Assembly: GCA_043816125.1 (NCBI GenBank)
Contig: JBDRIF010000070.1
Coordinates: 1 to 40,578, forward strand
DNA length: 40,578 bases
Reading direction: 5' to 3'
DNA from: a bacterium
Lineage (GTDB): Bacteria > Margulisbacteria > WOR-1 > O2-12-FULL-45-9
Shown here: positions 1 through 7,732 of the stretch, one piece after another
How positions within the stretch are numbered: the first letter of the stretch is position 1
How the letters are laid out: each line of letters begins with the position of its first letter
The notes under the pieces: generated by a model
Database searches by the model: none
The model's input: the letters and a program-made list of their open reading frames with translations, nothing else
What the model was told of the DNA's origin: nothing
Program-made: the position numbers and the translations under genes

Positions 1-314
1 TCAATCGGCAACCCGTGACAATCCCACCCGGGAATATACGGAGCTTTAAAGCCCTGCATACTTTTATATTTAACGATTATGTCTTTCAGCGTTTTGTTTA
101 AAGCATGACCGAGATGGATGTCCCCATTCGGATAAGGAGGACCATCGTGGAGGATATAAGTTCCTGAGTCGTGAGTTCGGTGTTCGGAGTTCTGTAATTG
201 ATGATAGATATCATTTTCGGCCCAAAAAGCAGAAAATTCTTCTTCCACTGCCTTCAGATTGGCGCGGATAGGGAAATCGGTCTGCGGCAGGTTTAAGGTT
301 TTTTTGTATTCCAT
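1..314 (-). CDS. ileS: Isoleucine--tRNA ligase (IleRS1), 5' part; runs off the window edge
   Basis: Not in the ORF track. Manual translation from ATG at 314 gives [20 protein letters not shown]...[26 protein letters not shown]...[10 protein letters not shown], with the HIGH-type HLGH and GWDCHGLP motifs. Confidence 0.97.
   Translation of the reverse strand, partial: MEYKKTLNLPQTDFPIRANLKAVEEEFSAFWAENDIYHQLQNSEHRTHDSGTYILHDGPPYPNGDIHLGHALNKTLKDIIVKYKSMQGFKAPYIPGWDCHGLPI
260..314. repeat. 55-bp direct repeat, copy 1 (functional ileS 5' end)
   Basis: tggcgcggatagggaaatcggtctgcggcaggtttaaggtttttttgtattccat matches 1531-1585 at 53/55 positions. Confidence 0.97.
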
Positions 315-321
315 TTTATCT

Positions 322-330
322 ATTTTATCA
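322..330 (-). promoter_or_regulatory. Putative extended -10 promoter for ileS (probably leaderless)
   Basis: TGATAAAAT lies 7 nt upstream of the ileS ATG, and no Shine-Dalgarno is present. Confidence 0.5.
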
Positions 331-373
331 CGAGAGAAGTGAAATTTCCGCTTTTTTCCTCAGAAATAGAATC

Positions 374-1522
374 ATGAGCAAGATACGCTTCCCTGTCCGC
401 ATGGGTGATATACAACAAGACGCTTTAACCAGGATCGGAGCTAAGGGCGTTTTACAAAGAAGAGATTTACAGCATCGCGCCTTTGGCCTGCTACCCGATC
501 AGGTAGGAAGAAAAGTCGGACTAGCAGGGCAACGGCAGACACTTCGAGCGTCAGATGATCCAACTCAAGCCAACGACTTACTCTCCCAACGAGGAACCTC
601 TGCTGATTGGCAAACTTTTGCTCTACCAGAACTAACCAGCTCAGCTCAAGCAAACCTCCTTCTGCTCTTTGGCCCTGATTTCGCCGGCAGGATCAAATCA
701 AAGAGAGGCTTGCCCACAGAGCTGCAGCGCTATCTTGACACATTAGCAAAAAATTGTCTCCCTATAGGCAGAACCACCCTGCAAAAAATACCTTCTACAT
801 TTGGAAGTGAGGCGGAAAGATATTTTTCTTCCGGCCAGTGGCTTATGGAACTAGCTAAATTTGTTTCAGCGGATGAGGCTAATTTGGCCAGCTTAGCACT
901 AATTCCCGATTTTACTCCCCTTCTCCCAACCTTAAGGAAAATACACGCGCTTCAGGCTATTTCTCAAACGGAACAAAGCCAACTTGCCAAGGCCTTGCTC
1001 TCTTTCTTGAGCAAACAGAATATTAATACAATCAGGAAACTATTTATGGGAACGTCTTCTTTTCCGTGTTTAATCAGATACCACGTAATTAAACAATGGT
1101 TGCAAGAAAAAATCGACTCAACAGATTCGACTTCTGAGGCAGAAAAAAATGCTTTGGAAAATACCGCCTTGTATTTGTCCAAATCAGCAAAAAATATTCA
1201 GAATGCTTTTCAGGTCATTCAACATCTTGAAGAACACTTCGGCCCGATCAAAAATGAACAAAATCCGGATATAAGAAAATCATGGCTCACCGCGGTCTAC
1301 GCTACTGCCATGCATGACAAAGCTGCGGCCCTCCTCGCCTCGATAAATTCCGTTAGCAAATTATTCCGGCCGCTCAATTCCGCGGATCCAGTTCAATTGA
1401 AAACCTGCTGGCTAAAAAAGCTTGTCACCACGGCCAGAAAATTCAAAACAAGTGAAACAGAAGAAATAGACGCGTACGTGGCAAAAAAGATTGTTCCGCT
1501 ATTAAAAGCATTAGCAGCTTAA
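374..1522 (+). CDS. Hypothetical orphan protein (382 aa) inside the ileS-repeat-flanked insert
   Basis: Long ORF filling almost the whole interval between the repeats, opposite in orientation to its neighbours. No motif I recognise. Confidence 0.75.
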   Translation: MSKIRFPVRMGDIQQDALTRIGAKGVLQRRDLQHRAFGLLPDQVGRKVGLAGQRQTLRASDDPTQANDLLSQRGTSADWQTFALPELTSSAQANLLLLFGPDFAGRIKSKRGLPTELQRYLDTLAKNCLPIGRTTLQKIPSTFGSEAERYFSSGQWLMELAKFVSADEANLASLALIPDFTPLLPTLRKIHALQAISQTEQSQLAKALLSFLSKQNINTIRKLFMGTSSFPCLIRYHVIKQWLQEKIDSTDSTSEAEKNALENTALYLSKSAKNIQNAFQVIQHLEEHFGPIKNEQNPDIRKSWLTAVYATAMHDKAAALLASINSVSKLFRPLNSADPVQLKTCWLKKLVTTARKFKTSETEEIDAYVAKKIVPLLKALAA

Positions 1523-1585
1523 CATTAAACTGGCGCGGATAGGAAAATCGGTTTGCGGCAGGTTTAAGGTTTTTTTGTATTCCAT
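1511..1585 (-). pseudogene. Truncated ileS 5' remnant (repeat copy 2 = 1531-1585)
   Basis: Reads [18 protein letters not shown] then SLMLSC-stop. Its ATG is 6 nt after the lemA stop codon. Confidence 0.85.
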
Positions 1586-1591
1586 CAACAA

Positions 1592-2149
1592 TTAAAACTT
1601 TACGTTCGGCGCCTCTTTGGCCTGTTCGTTGGCAATTTTGAAATAAGCTTTTTCCGAGTCAAAACCGATCAGCCTGACAAGAAAAACAGTCGGAATTGAA
1701 CGAGCTTTGGTATTATAAACCTGAACCAATTCGTTATAGCGCATTCTGGCGACAGAAAGTCTATTTTCTGTCCCTGCCAATTCATCCTGCAGGGCAATGA
1801 AATTGGTCGAAGCTTTCAATTGAGGATAATTCTCGGCAATTGCTAACAATCGACCCAAAACACTCTCCATCCCATTCGCCGCCTGCGCCTTGGCATTAAC
1901 AGAGTTAGCACCGGCCAGCTTGGTCCGAGCCTCAGCCACTGATTTAAAAATGTCCTCTTCATGTTTGGCATATCCTTTGACAGTAGAAACCAGATTCGGG
2001 ATCAGATCGTATCTTCTTTGCAATTGGTTCTCTACCTGGGCCCATCCTTGTTTAACCCCTTGGTCAAGACCAACCAAACCATTATAAGTAGAAACCAGCA
2101 TCAGAACCAAGACAACAATTATACCGACAATTACCCAGATATTTTTCAT
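1592..2149 (-). CDS. lemA: LemA family protein
   Basis: N-terminal TM helix, then YNGLV..W.QVENQLQRRYDLIPNLV, ENYPQLKA and LAGTENR..VAR.RYN. AGGAGG SD upstream. Confidence 0.95.
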   Translation of the reverse strand: MKNIWVIVGIIVVLVLMLVSTYNGLVGLDQGVKQGWAQVENQLQRRYDLIPNLVSTVKGYAKHEEDIFKSVAEARTKLAGANSVNAKAQAANGMESVLGRLLAIAENYPQLKASTNFIALQDELAGTENRLSVARMRYNELVQVYNTKARSIPTVFLVRLIGFDSEKAYFKIANEQAKEAPNVKF

Positions 2150-2204
2150 TTTATCCTCCTTTTTCCTATAGGCCTATGAGCCTAAAGGCCTATTATAACA
2201 CCTA

Positions 2205-2999
2205 TTAAAATCCCCGTCCTCCCCCTCCACCTCCGGATCTCCCCCCACCAAACCCGCCAAAGCCTCCTCCAGAACCTCCAAACGCCCCACCTCGCCCCCA
2301 AAACATAATACCCCAGAAACCAAAAAGACAACCGATCAACATCCCAACGATCGCCCCGGCCAAACCATTTTCACTCCCCCAAATCGCCCCCATTATCCCC
2401 ATCATGATCGAGCCGGGCTTTCTTAGAATTGCGCCAATAATTACCGCCGCAATAATAACATAAAAGAATAGCGGCCCGGCACTTTGCGGGGCAGGACTCG
2501 TTTGTTCGGGCAATTCTACTGTTTTGCCTGCCACAATCTCACTCAAAGCTCTGGCCGTATTAACCAATCCCTCGCCAAACTTTCCTTCTTTAAATAAAGG
2601 AACAGCATAAGCATCTAATATCCTTCCAGCTAAAGCATCAGGGACATCCCCTTCCAAACCATAACCGACCTCAATCTCCACCCTTCTCTCTTCCATGGCC
2701 AAGAGCAAAAGCAACCCGTTATCTTTCCCTTTTTGACCAATCCCCCATTTTTCAAACAATTTAACAGCATAAAGTTTGCTGTCCAAAGGCTCAACTGATT
2801 TAACAACCGCTACCGCTAATTCGGCGCCGGTTGATTTTTTAAGACCAAGAGAAATTTGTTCTAATTCCTGTTTTTGGGCTGGAGAAAGGATGCCGGCATA
2901 ATCATTAACATAGCCCTGATAGCCCGGCAGCTTATCTTCTGCAAAAGCAGAAAAAGAGATCAACAATAGGACCAATAAGATCAGGATTTTTTTGGGCAT
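2205..2999 (-). CDS. TPM domain (YgcG family) membrane protein
   Basis: Signal peptide, GYVNDYAGIL, WGIGQKGKDNGLLLL, EVGYGLEG and a Gly-rich tail GGFGGGRSGGGG. Adjacent to lemA, as is typical. Confidence 0.92.
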   Translation of the reverse strand: MPKKILILLVLLLISFSAFAEDKLPGYQGYVNDYAGILSPAQKQELEQISLGLKKSTGAELAVAVVKSVEPLDSKLYAVKLFEKWGIGQKGKDNGLLLLLAMEERRVEIEVGYGLEGDVPDALAGRILDAYAVPLFKEGKFGEGLVNTARALSEIVAGKTVELPEQTSPAPQSAGPLFFYVIIAAVIIGAILRKPGSIMMGIMGAIWGSENGLAGAIVGMLIGCLFGFWGIMFWGRGGAFGGSGGGFGGFGGGRSGGGGGGRGF

Positions 3000-3784
3000 T
3001 AACTTCTCCGCAGGTGCCGCAACGCCTTATGCGCTTCGGCTTCGCCGACTGCTATCATCTTTTGGGCCTTGTGGAGATCAAGGTGCCAGATATCTTCATC
3101 CAATAAGTGAGGTTCGATCAGAATATCGGCTTTCTTTCTTTGTTCAACAGCCAGCTTATGCATCACAATGTCCAATGAGCGGCCAAAAGCCTGAAAAGGG
3201 TCGTGAGGTAAATATTTAACGGGACAGGCAGGGACAACATCGGACGCAATCACAAAGTTTGCCCCCATTTTCCTGACCACATCGACCGGCACATTGTCGC
3301 TCAAGCCGCCATCGACGACAAATTTGCCCTGAATATCCTCGGGGGCAAAGACCCCGGGAAAGGCCGAACTGGCAGAGACAGCTTTTGCAACCCGCCCCTT
3401 TTTCATCACCACCTGCTGCCCGGTCTTGATATCTGTCCCGACCGTCGCAAAAGGCGTTTTAAGCTCGGAAAATTTCACATCTCCAATATACTTGATCAGT
3501 AAATCCTCAATTACTTCATTAGAAAGAAAACCGAGTTTAAAGAGGGAGAGTTTAAACATCCGCCCCCAACCGATACGCAAAGCAATTTGCTCAATTACGC
3601 TAATCTCTAAACCTGCAGCATAAGCGGCTCCGATCAATGAACCGGAAGAAGTTGCCGCAATATAATCGACCGGGATTTTATATTGCTCGATGACCTTAAG
3701 AACCCCAATATGAGCAATTCCACGGGCAATGCCGCCGCCGAGGACTAAACCGATCTTCTTTTTTCTAAATGGCAACCAGAACAT
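2999..3784 (-). CDS. Patatin-like phospholipase (RssA/NTE family)
   Basis: GGGIARGIAHIGV oxyanion motif, nucleophile elbow ATSSG (variant of GxSxG), SSAFPG and DGG motifs. Confidence 0.92.
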   Translation of the reverse strand: MFWLPFRKKKIGLVLGGGIARGIAHIGVLKVIEQYKIPVDYIAATSSGSLIGAAYAAGLEISVIEQIALRIGWGRMFKLSLFKLGFLSNEVIEDLLIKYIGDVKFSELKTPFATVGTDIKTGQQVVMKKGRVAKAVSASSAFPGVFAPEDIQGKFVVDGGLSDNVPVDVVRKMGANFVIASDVVPACPVKYLPHDPFQAFGRSLDIVMHKLAVEQRKKADILIEPHLLDEDIWHLDLHKAQKMIAVGEAEAHKALRHLRRS

Positions 3785-3826
3785 TTGCTTGATTTTAGCA
3801 CATTTTCTGCTACAATAAAATTTGCT
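3785..3826. promoter_or_regulatory. Overlapping divergent promoters for the patatin and EF-G2 genes
   Basis: Plus strand: TTGATT-16 nt-TACAAT with TG extension (3808-3816). Minus strand: TGCTAAAAT (3792-3800), 7 nt from the patatin ATG. Confidence 0.55.
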
Positions 3827-5860
3827 ATGAGGCAGTATCCTCCTGATAAGATCCGCAATATTGCGGTGATTGGATCGGGATCCACTGGCAAGACCTCACT
3901 CTGTGAAGCCTTAATTCTCAAATCTGGGGCAATTAATCGATCGGGTACTATTCAAGAAGGAAATACCGCCTCTGATTTTGACCCCGAAGAGATCAGACGA
4001 CAGATCAGCATCCACTCCACCCTCCTCCCAATCGAATGGAAAGACTGTAAAATTAATTTGATCGACACCCCCGGCTACATAGATTTTATCGGCGAACCGA
4101 TCTCGGCCATGCAGGTGGTCGACGGAGTAATTATTGTTGTCGATGCGGTAACTGGTGCCGGAGCCGGTTTAGATAATCTTTGGAAGTATATTGAAGAGCT
4201 CGACCTCCCTCATTGTATCGTTATCAATAAATGCGACCGTCCCCAAGCCGATTTTGACGGGGTGATGGAAAAACTACGCGAAAAATACAGCAAAGAAATT
4301 GTCCCTGTCCAGATCCCCAACGGCTTAGAAGATAAATACACCAATGTCTACAGCCTGCTCAAACATGATGCCCCGGCTGAGCTTAAAGACTCTTTTGATC
4401 TGCATAAGGAAATGCTGGTTGAGGGGATAGCGGAAATCGACGACACCATTCTCGAAGAATTTATGGAAGGAAAGGAAATCACAGAAACAGAACTAACCGA
4501 ACATCTGGTCACCGCCATTAACGCCGACAAGGTCTATCCGGTCTTTTGCACCTCGGCAACCAAAAATATCGGGATAGAGGAGATACTCAACTCGATTGTC
4601 GACTGGATGCCACCGGCTAACGAAAAAGAACACCCGGCCAAAAACAGCGCCGGTGAACAGATCCCGATCAAGGCAGATGGAAAAGAACCATTCTCCGCTT
4701 TTGTTTTTAGAAATATTACCGAGGCTCATGTCGGCACTCTCTCCTATATCCGAATCTATTCGGGAACGATTCTCCCCTCCTCCCCTGTTTATAATACCAA
4801 TAAGGGTAAAGACGAACGGGTCGGCCAGATCATTACTATGCGTGGCAAGACCAAAGTCGACCTCCCTTCTCTTTCGGCCGGTGATATCGCAGTTCTGCCC
4901 AAACTAAAAGTCACCGGGTTGGGAGATACTCTCTGTGACAAGAATCGAATCGTAAAATTTGCCCAGGTTAAATTCCCCGAACCGGCGATGTCTTTTTCGG
5001 TCAAACCCAAGAGCAAAGCCGATCAGGAAAAAATGGCCTTGGGGCTGGGGAGTTTTACCCATGAAGATAAGACCTTTCAGATGAGTTACAACGCCGAGAC
5101 CAAAGAGACAGTTATCTCCGGCATGGGAGATGTCCATCTGGAAATAATTCTCACCAAGATCAAAGAGCGCTATGGGATAGAGATTGAGATCGGCGCCCCC
5201 AGGGTTCCATATAAAGAGACTATACGCGGCAAGACGAAAGCTCAGGGGAAATACAAAAAGCAGACCGGCGGTCGTGGTCAGTATGGTGACTGCTGGATCG
5301 AGATTGAACCGCTCCCCGAAGGAAAAGGCTTTGAATTCGTTAATAAAATCGTCGGCGGAGCTATCCCCAAAAATTACATCCCCTCGATCGAAAAGGGGAT
5401 AAAAGAATGCATGGCCGGCGGGGTTATTGCCGGCTATCCGGTTGTCGACGTTAAAGTAACTGTAATTGACGGCTCATATCATGAAGTCGACTCTTCCGAC
5501 ATGGCCTTTCAAATCGCCGGATCTCTGGGCTTTAAAAAGGCTGTTCAAGATGCCAGCCCGACTATGATGGAGCCGATCGTTGTAATAACAGTTAAGGCCC
5601 CTCCCGAATTTATCGGCCAGGTGACCGGCGACCTTAATAAACGGCGGGGTAGAATTTCAACCATCGAAACAGATAAAGTGATCGCCCAGGTCCCGCTGGG
5701 GGAAATTTCAAAATATGCCACCAACCTGCGTTCTTTTACTCACGGGCAAGGTTCATTCAGCACCAAGTTTTCACATTACGAACAAGTGCCGCCACCAACT
5801 CAGGCAAAATTGGTCGAAATGTATCAAAAAATAAGAGAAGCAGGAGGTGTTAAACAATGA
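3827..5860 (+). CDS. Elongation factor G paralogue (EF-G2/FusA2 type)
   Basis: Full EF-G architecture with divergent G motifs GSGSTGKT, RQISI, DTPGY and NKCD, plus [11 protein letters not shown] and SYHEVDSS. The ATG at 3827 is preferred over the track's TTG at 3785. Confidence 0.92.
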   Translation: MRQYPPDKIRNIAVIGSGSTGKTSLCEALILKSGAINRSGTIQEGNTASDFDPEEIRRQISIHSTLLPIEWKDCKINLIDTPGYIDFIGEPISAMQVVDGVIIVVDAVTGAGAGLDNLWKYIEELDLPHCIVINKCDRPQADFDGVMEKLREKYSKEIVPVQIPNGLEDKYTNVYSLLKHDAPAELKDSFDLHKEMLVEGIAEIDDTILEEFMEGKEITETELTEHLVTAINADKVYPVFCTSATKNIGIEEILNSIVDWMPPANEKEHPAKNSAGEQIPIKADGKEPFSAFVFRNITEAHVGTLSYIRIYSGTILPSSPVYNTNKGKDERVGQIITMRGKTKVDLPSLSAGDIAVLPKLKVTGLGDTLCDKNRIVKFAQVKFPEPAMSFSVKPKSKADQEKMALGLGSFTHEDKTFQMSYNAETKETVISGMGDVHLEIILTKIKERYGIEIEIGAPRVPYKETIRGKTKAQGKYKKQTGGRGQYGDCWIEIEPLPEGKGFEFVNKIVGGAIPKNYIPSIEKGIKECMAGGVIAGYPVVDVKVTVIDGSYHEVDSSDMAFQIAGSLGFKKAVQDASPTMMEPIVVITVKAPPEFIGQVTGDLNKRRGRISTIETDKVIAQVPLGEISKYATNLRSFTHGQGSFSTKFSHYEQVPPPTQAKLVEMYQKIREAGGVKQ

Positions 5861-6057
5861 GTTTAGTAAACGACTGTTCAGTGATCAAAGAAGTTCCAAC
5901 CCTGATCAACCTCGCCTCATCCGAAGACAGACACCATTTAGATGACCTCGGTCTCCAGATCGCGGCCAAAGAACATCTGCATTATGAAGGGTATATTGCT
6001 GTTACCGATACGCCCTATTCTGTGGAACACGCGAAGACAACGTTGTTTTTTGATTAA
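5857..6057 (+). CDS. Small hypothetical protein (66 aa)
   Basis: Strong GGAGGT SD, ATGA overlap with the EF-G2 stop, and it ends just before the hairpin pair. Confidence 0.7.
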   Translation: MSLVNDCSVIKEVPTLINLASSEDRHHLDDLGLQIAAKEHLHYEGYIAVTDTPYSVEHAKTTLFFD

Positions 6058-6150
6058 CCGCTCATCTCGATACGCCACTTTCGTGGCTACTCGATGAGCG
6101 GGAGAATCGGTCACTGAGTAGGACGAAAGTCCGTACCGAAGTGACCGATT
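6058..6150. repeat. Inverted pair of REP-like hairpins between convergent transcription units; may also act as terminator
   Basis: 6058-6101 (minus): CCGCTCATC-GAGTA-GCCAC-GAAA-GTGGC-GTATCGA-GATGAGCGG. 6105-6150 (plus): AATCGGTCACT-GAGTA-GGAC-GAAA-GTCC-GTACCGA-AGTGACCGATT. Confidence 0.8.
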
Positions 6151-7726
6151 AAAGCTTTACTATAGTCGCGTCGGTGATCCCTTCGAGCTTCTCCAGCTCC
6201 TGGAGAGTCTTGATTGATACTTCCGTATCAACATTGAGGACCATAACAGCTTTCTCGCCTTCCTTAACCCGTCCGACATCCATTGATGCGATATTAACAT
6301 TATGTTTGCCAAGTAAAGTGCCAACTTTGCCAATCATCCCCGGTTTATCGGTATTACCAAGAATTAACAAATGCCCTTCTGGCTCGGCATCGACCCGGAA
6401 GCCATCGACAAATACCAGCCGGTCGCCAACGCCGGTAAAAACAGTCCCCCCGACTTCGCGGGAACCTTTTTCGGTAGTGACCTTAACAGAAATTGAACTG
6501 GCAAAATCTTTTGTCTCCGCACTTTTGGCTTCAATAACTTCAATTCCCCGCTCCTTAGCTAAATGGGGGGCATTAACGAAATTAACAACAACATCAAGTG
6601 CCGGGGTCAGCAAACCTTTGAGAATAGTAGTAGTCAGTGGAGAAACATTATTCTCCGCAACTTCGCCGGAATATTTTATTGAGACCTTGGCAACGGCTCC
6701 GTCAGCCAACTGGGCGGCCAACGCGCCAAGTTTTTCGGCCACACTCATGAATGGCTTAACAGGGTTGATCAGTTCCGGTTTCATCGACGGGATATTGACC
6801 GCCGAACGGGCCGCCCCACCCCTTAACACCTCAACGATCTGCTCGGCCACATCGACCGCCACATTGACCTGAGCTTCAACAGTTGAGGCTCCCAAGTGAG
6901 GGGTCACAACAATATTATCTAATTCAAATAAAGGACTGTTATCACACGGCTCTTTTTCAAAAACATCCAGCGCCGCGGCAATAACATGTTTCGACTTCAA
7001 AGCATCGTATAGCGCCTTCTCATCAATAATCCCGCCACGGGCAACATTGACCAAACGAACCCCCTTCTTCATTTTGGCGATCATCTCGGCATTAATTAGC
7101 CCTGCCGTATCTTTGCTTTTGGGGATATGAAAAGTCAAGAAATCGGCGGTCTTGATCACTTCCTCCAGCTCTTTAACTTCAACTCCCAAACTCTTGGCAT
7201 AATCCGCAGTGACAAAAGGATCAGAAGCGATCACTCTCATCCCCATTCCTAACGCATAAGACGCGACCCGACGGCCGATCTTCCCCAAACCGACAACACC
7301 TAAAGTCTTATTAAGAACTTCTACCCCTTTGAATGATTTCTTATCCCACACCCCGGATTTTAATTTCCCATGAGCCTGCGGGATTGAGCGGGCCATCGAT
7401 AAGAGCATCGCCCAGGTATGTTCAGCAGCAGCCACAGTATTCCCTTCGGGGGAGTTAACAACAATGATCCCTTTACGGGTAGCAGTCGGTAAATCGACAT
7501 TATCTACGCCAACTCCGGCCCTGGCGACGATCTTTAATTTCTTCCCCGCTTCCAATATCTTTGGGGTAACCTTTGTCTCCGAGCGGACGATCATTGCGTC
7601 ATAGTCCGGAATTATTTTCACCAATTCATCTTCCGATAACCCGGCCTTTGAATCGGCCTCAAAACCGGCATCCCTAATTACCTTCAAACCTTCTTCGGCC
7701 GTTTTGTCCATCGCTAATACTTTCAT
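6149..7726 (-). CDS. serA: D-3-phosphoglycerate dehydrogenase (long type with ASB and ACT domains)
   Basis: RAGVGVDNVD, GLGKIG Rossmann motif, NVARGG, TPHLGAST and a C-terminal ACT domain (DKPGMIGKVG). Confidence 0.96.
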   Translation of the reverse strand: MKVLAMDKTAEEGLKVIRDAGFEADSKAGLSEDELVKIIPDYDAMIVRSETKVTPKILEAGKKLKIVARAGVGVDNVDLPTATRKGIIVVNSPEGNTVAAAEHTWAMLLSMARSIPQAHGKLKSGVWDKKSFKGVEVLNKTLGVVGLGKIGRRVASYALGMGMRVIASDPFVTADYAKSLGVEVKELEEVIKTADFLTFHIPKSKDTAGLINAEMIAKMKKGVRLVNVARGGIIDEKALYDALKSKHVIAAALDVFEKEPCDNSPLFELDNIVVTPHLGASTVEAQVNVAVDVAEQIVEVLRGGAARSAVNIPSMKPELINPVKPFMSVAEKLGALAAQLADGAVAKVSIKYSGEVAENNVSPLTTTILKGLLTPALDVVVNFVNAPHLAKERGIEVIEAKSAETKDFASSISVKVTTEKGSREVGGTVFTGVGDRLVFVDGFRVDAEPEGHLLILGNTDKPGMIGKVGTLLGKHNVNIASMDVGRVKEGEKAVMVLNVDTEVSIKTLQELEKLEGITDATIVKL

Positions 7727-7732
7727 TTTACC

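Noticed and set aside
260-1585. IS element, prophage or CRISPR interpretation of the direct repeats
   Set aside because: There are only two copies, no terminal inverted repeats, and no transposase, integrase or cas motifs. The repeat is simply ileS coding sequence.
1511-1585. Attenuator leader peptide for ileS
   Set aside because: It has only one Ile codon, is a near-exact copy of the ileS start, lies 1.2 kb away and has no terminator structure.
2205-2300. Low-complexity C-rich tract
   Set aside because: It encodes the normal Gly-rich tail of TPM-domain proteins.
6112-6140. Hammerhead-ribozyme-like string CTGAGTAGGACGAAAGTCCGTACCGAA
   Set aside because: The core does not fit: CUGAGUA instead of CUGANGA, and GUA rather than GAAA after stem II. 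It is better explained as the REP-like hairpin.
6174-6872. 232-aa plus-strand ORF and the many other antisense or nested ORFs in the track
   Set aside because: They are shadow frames of well-supported conserved genes and show no recognisable motifs.
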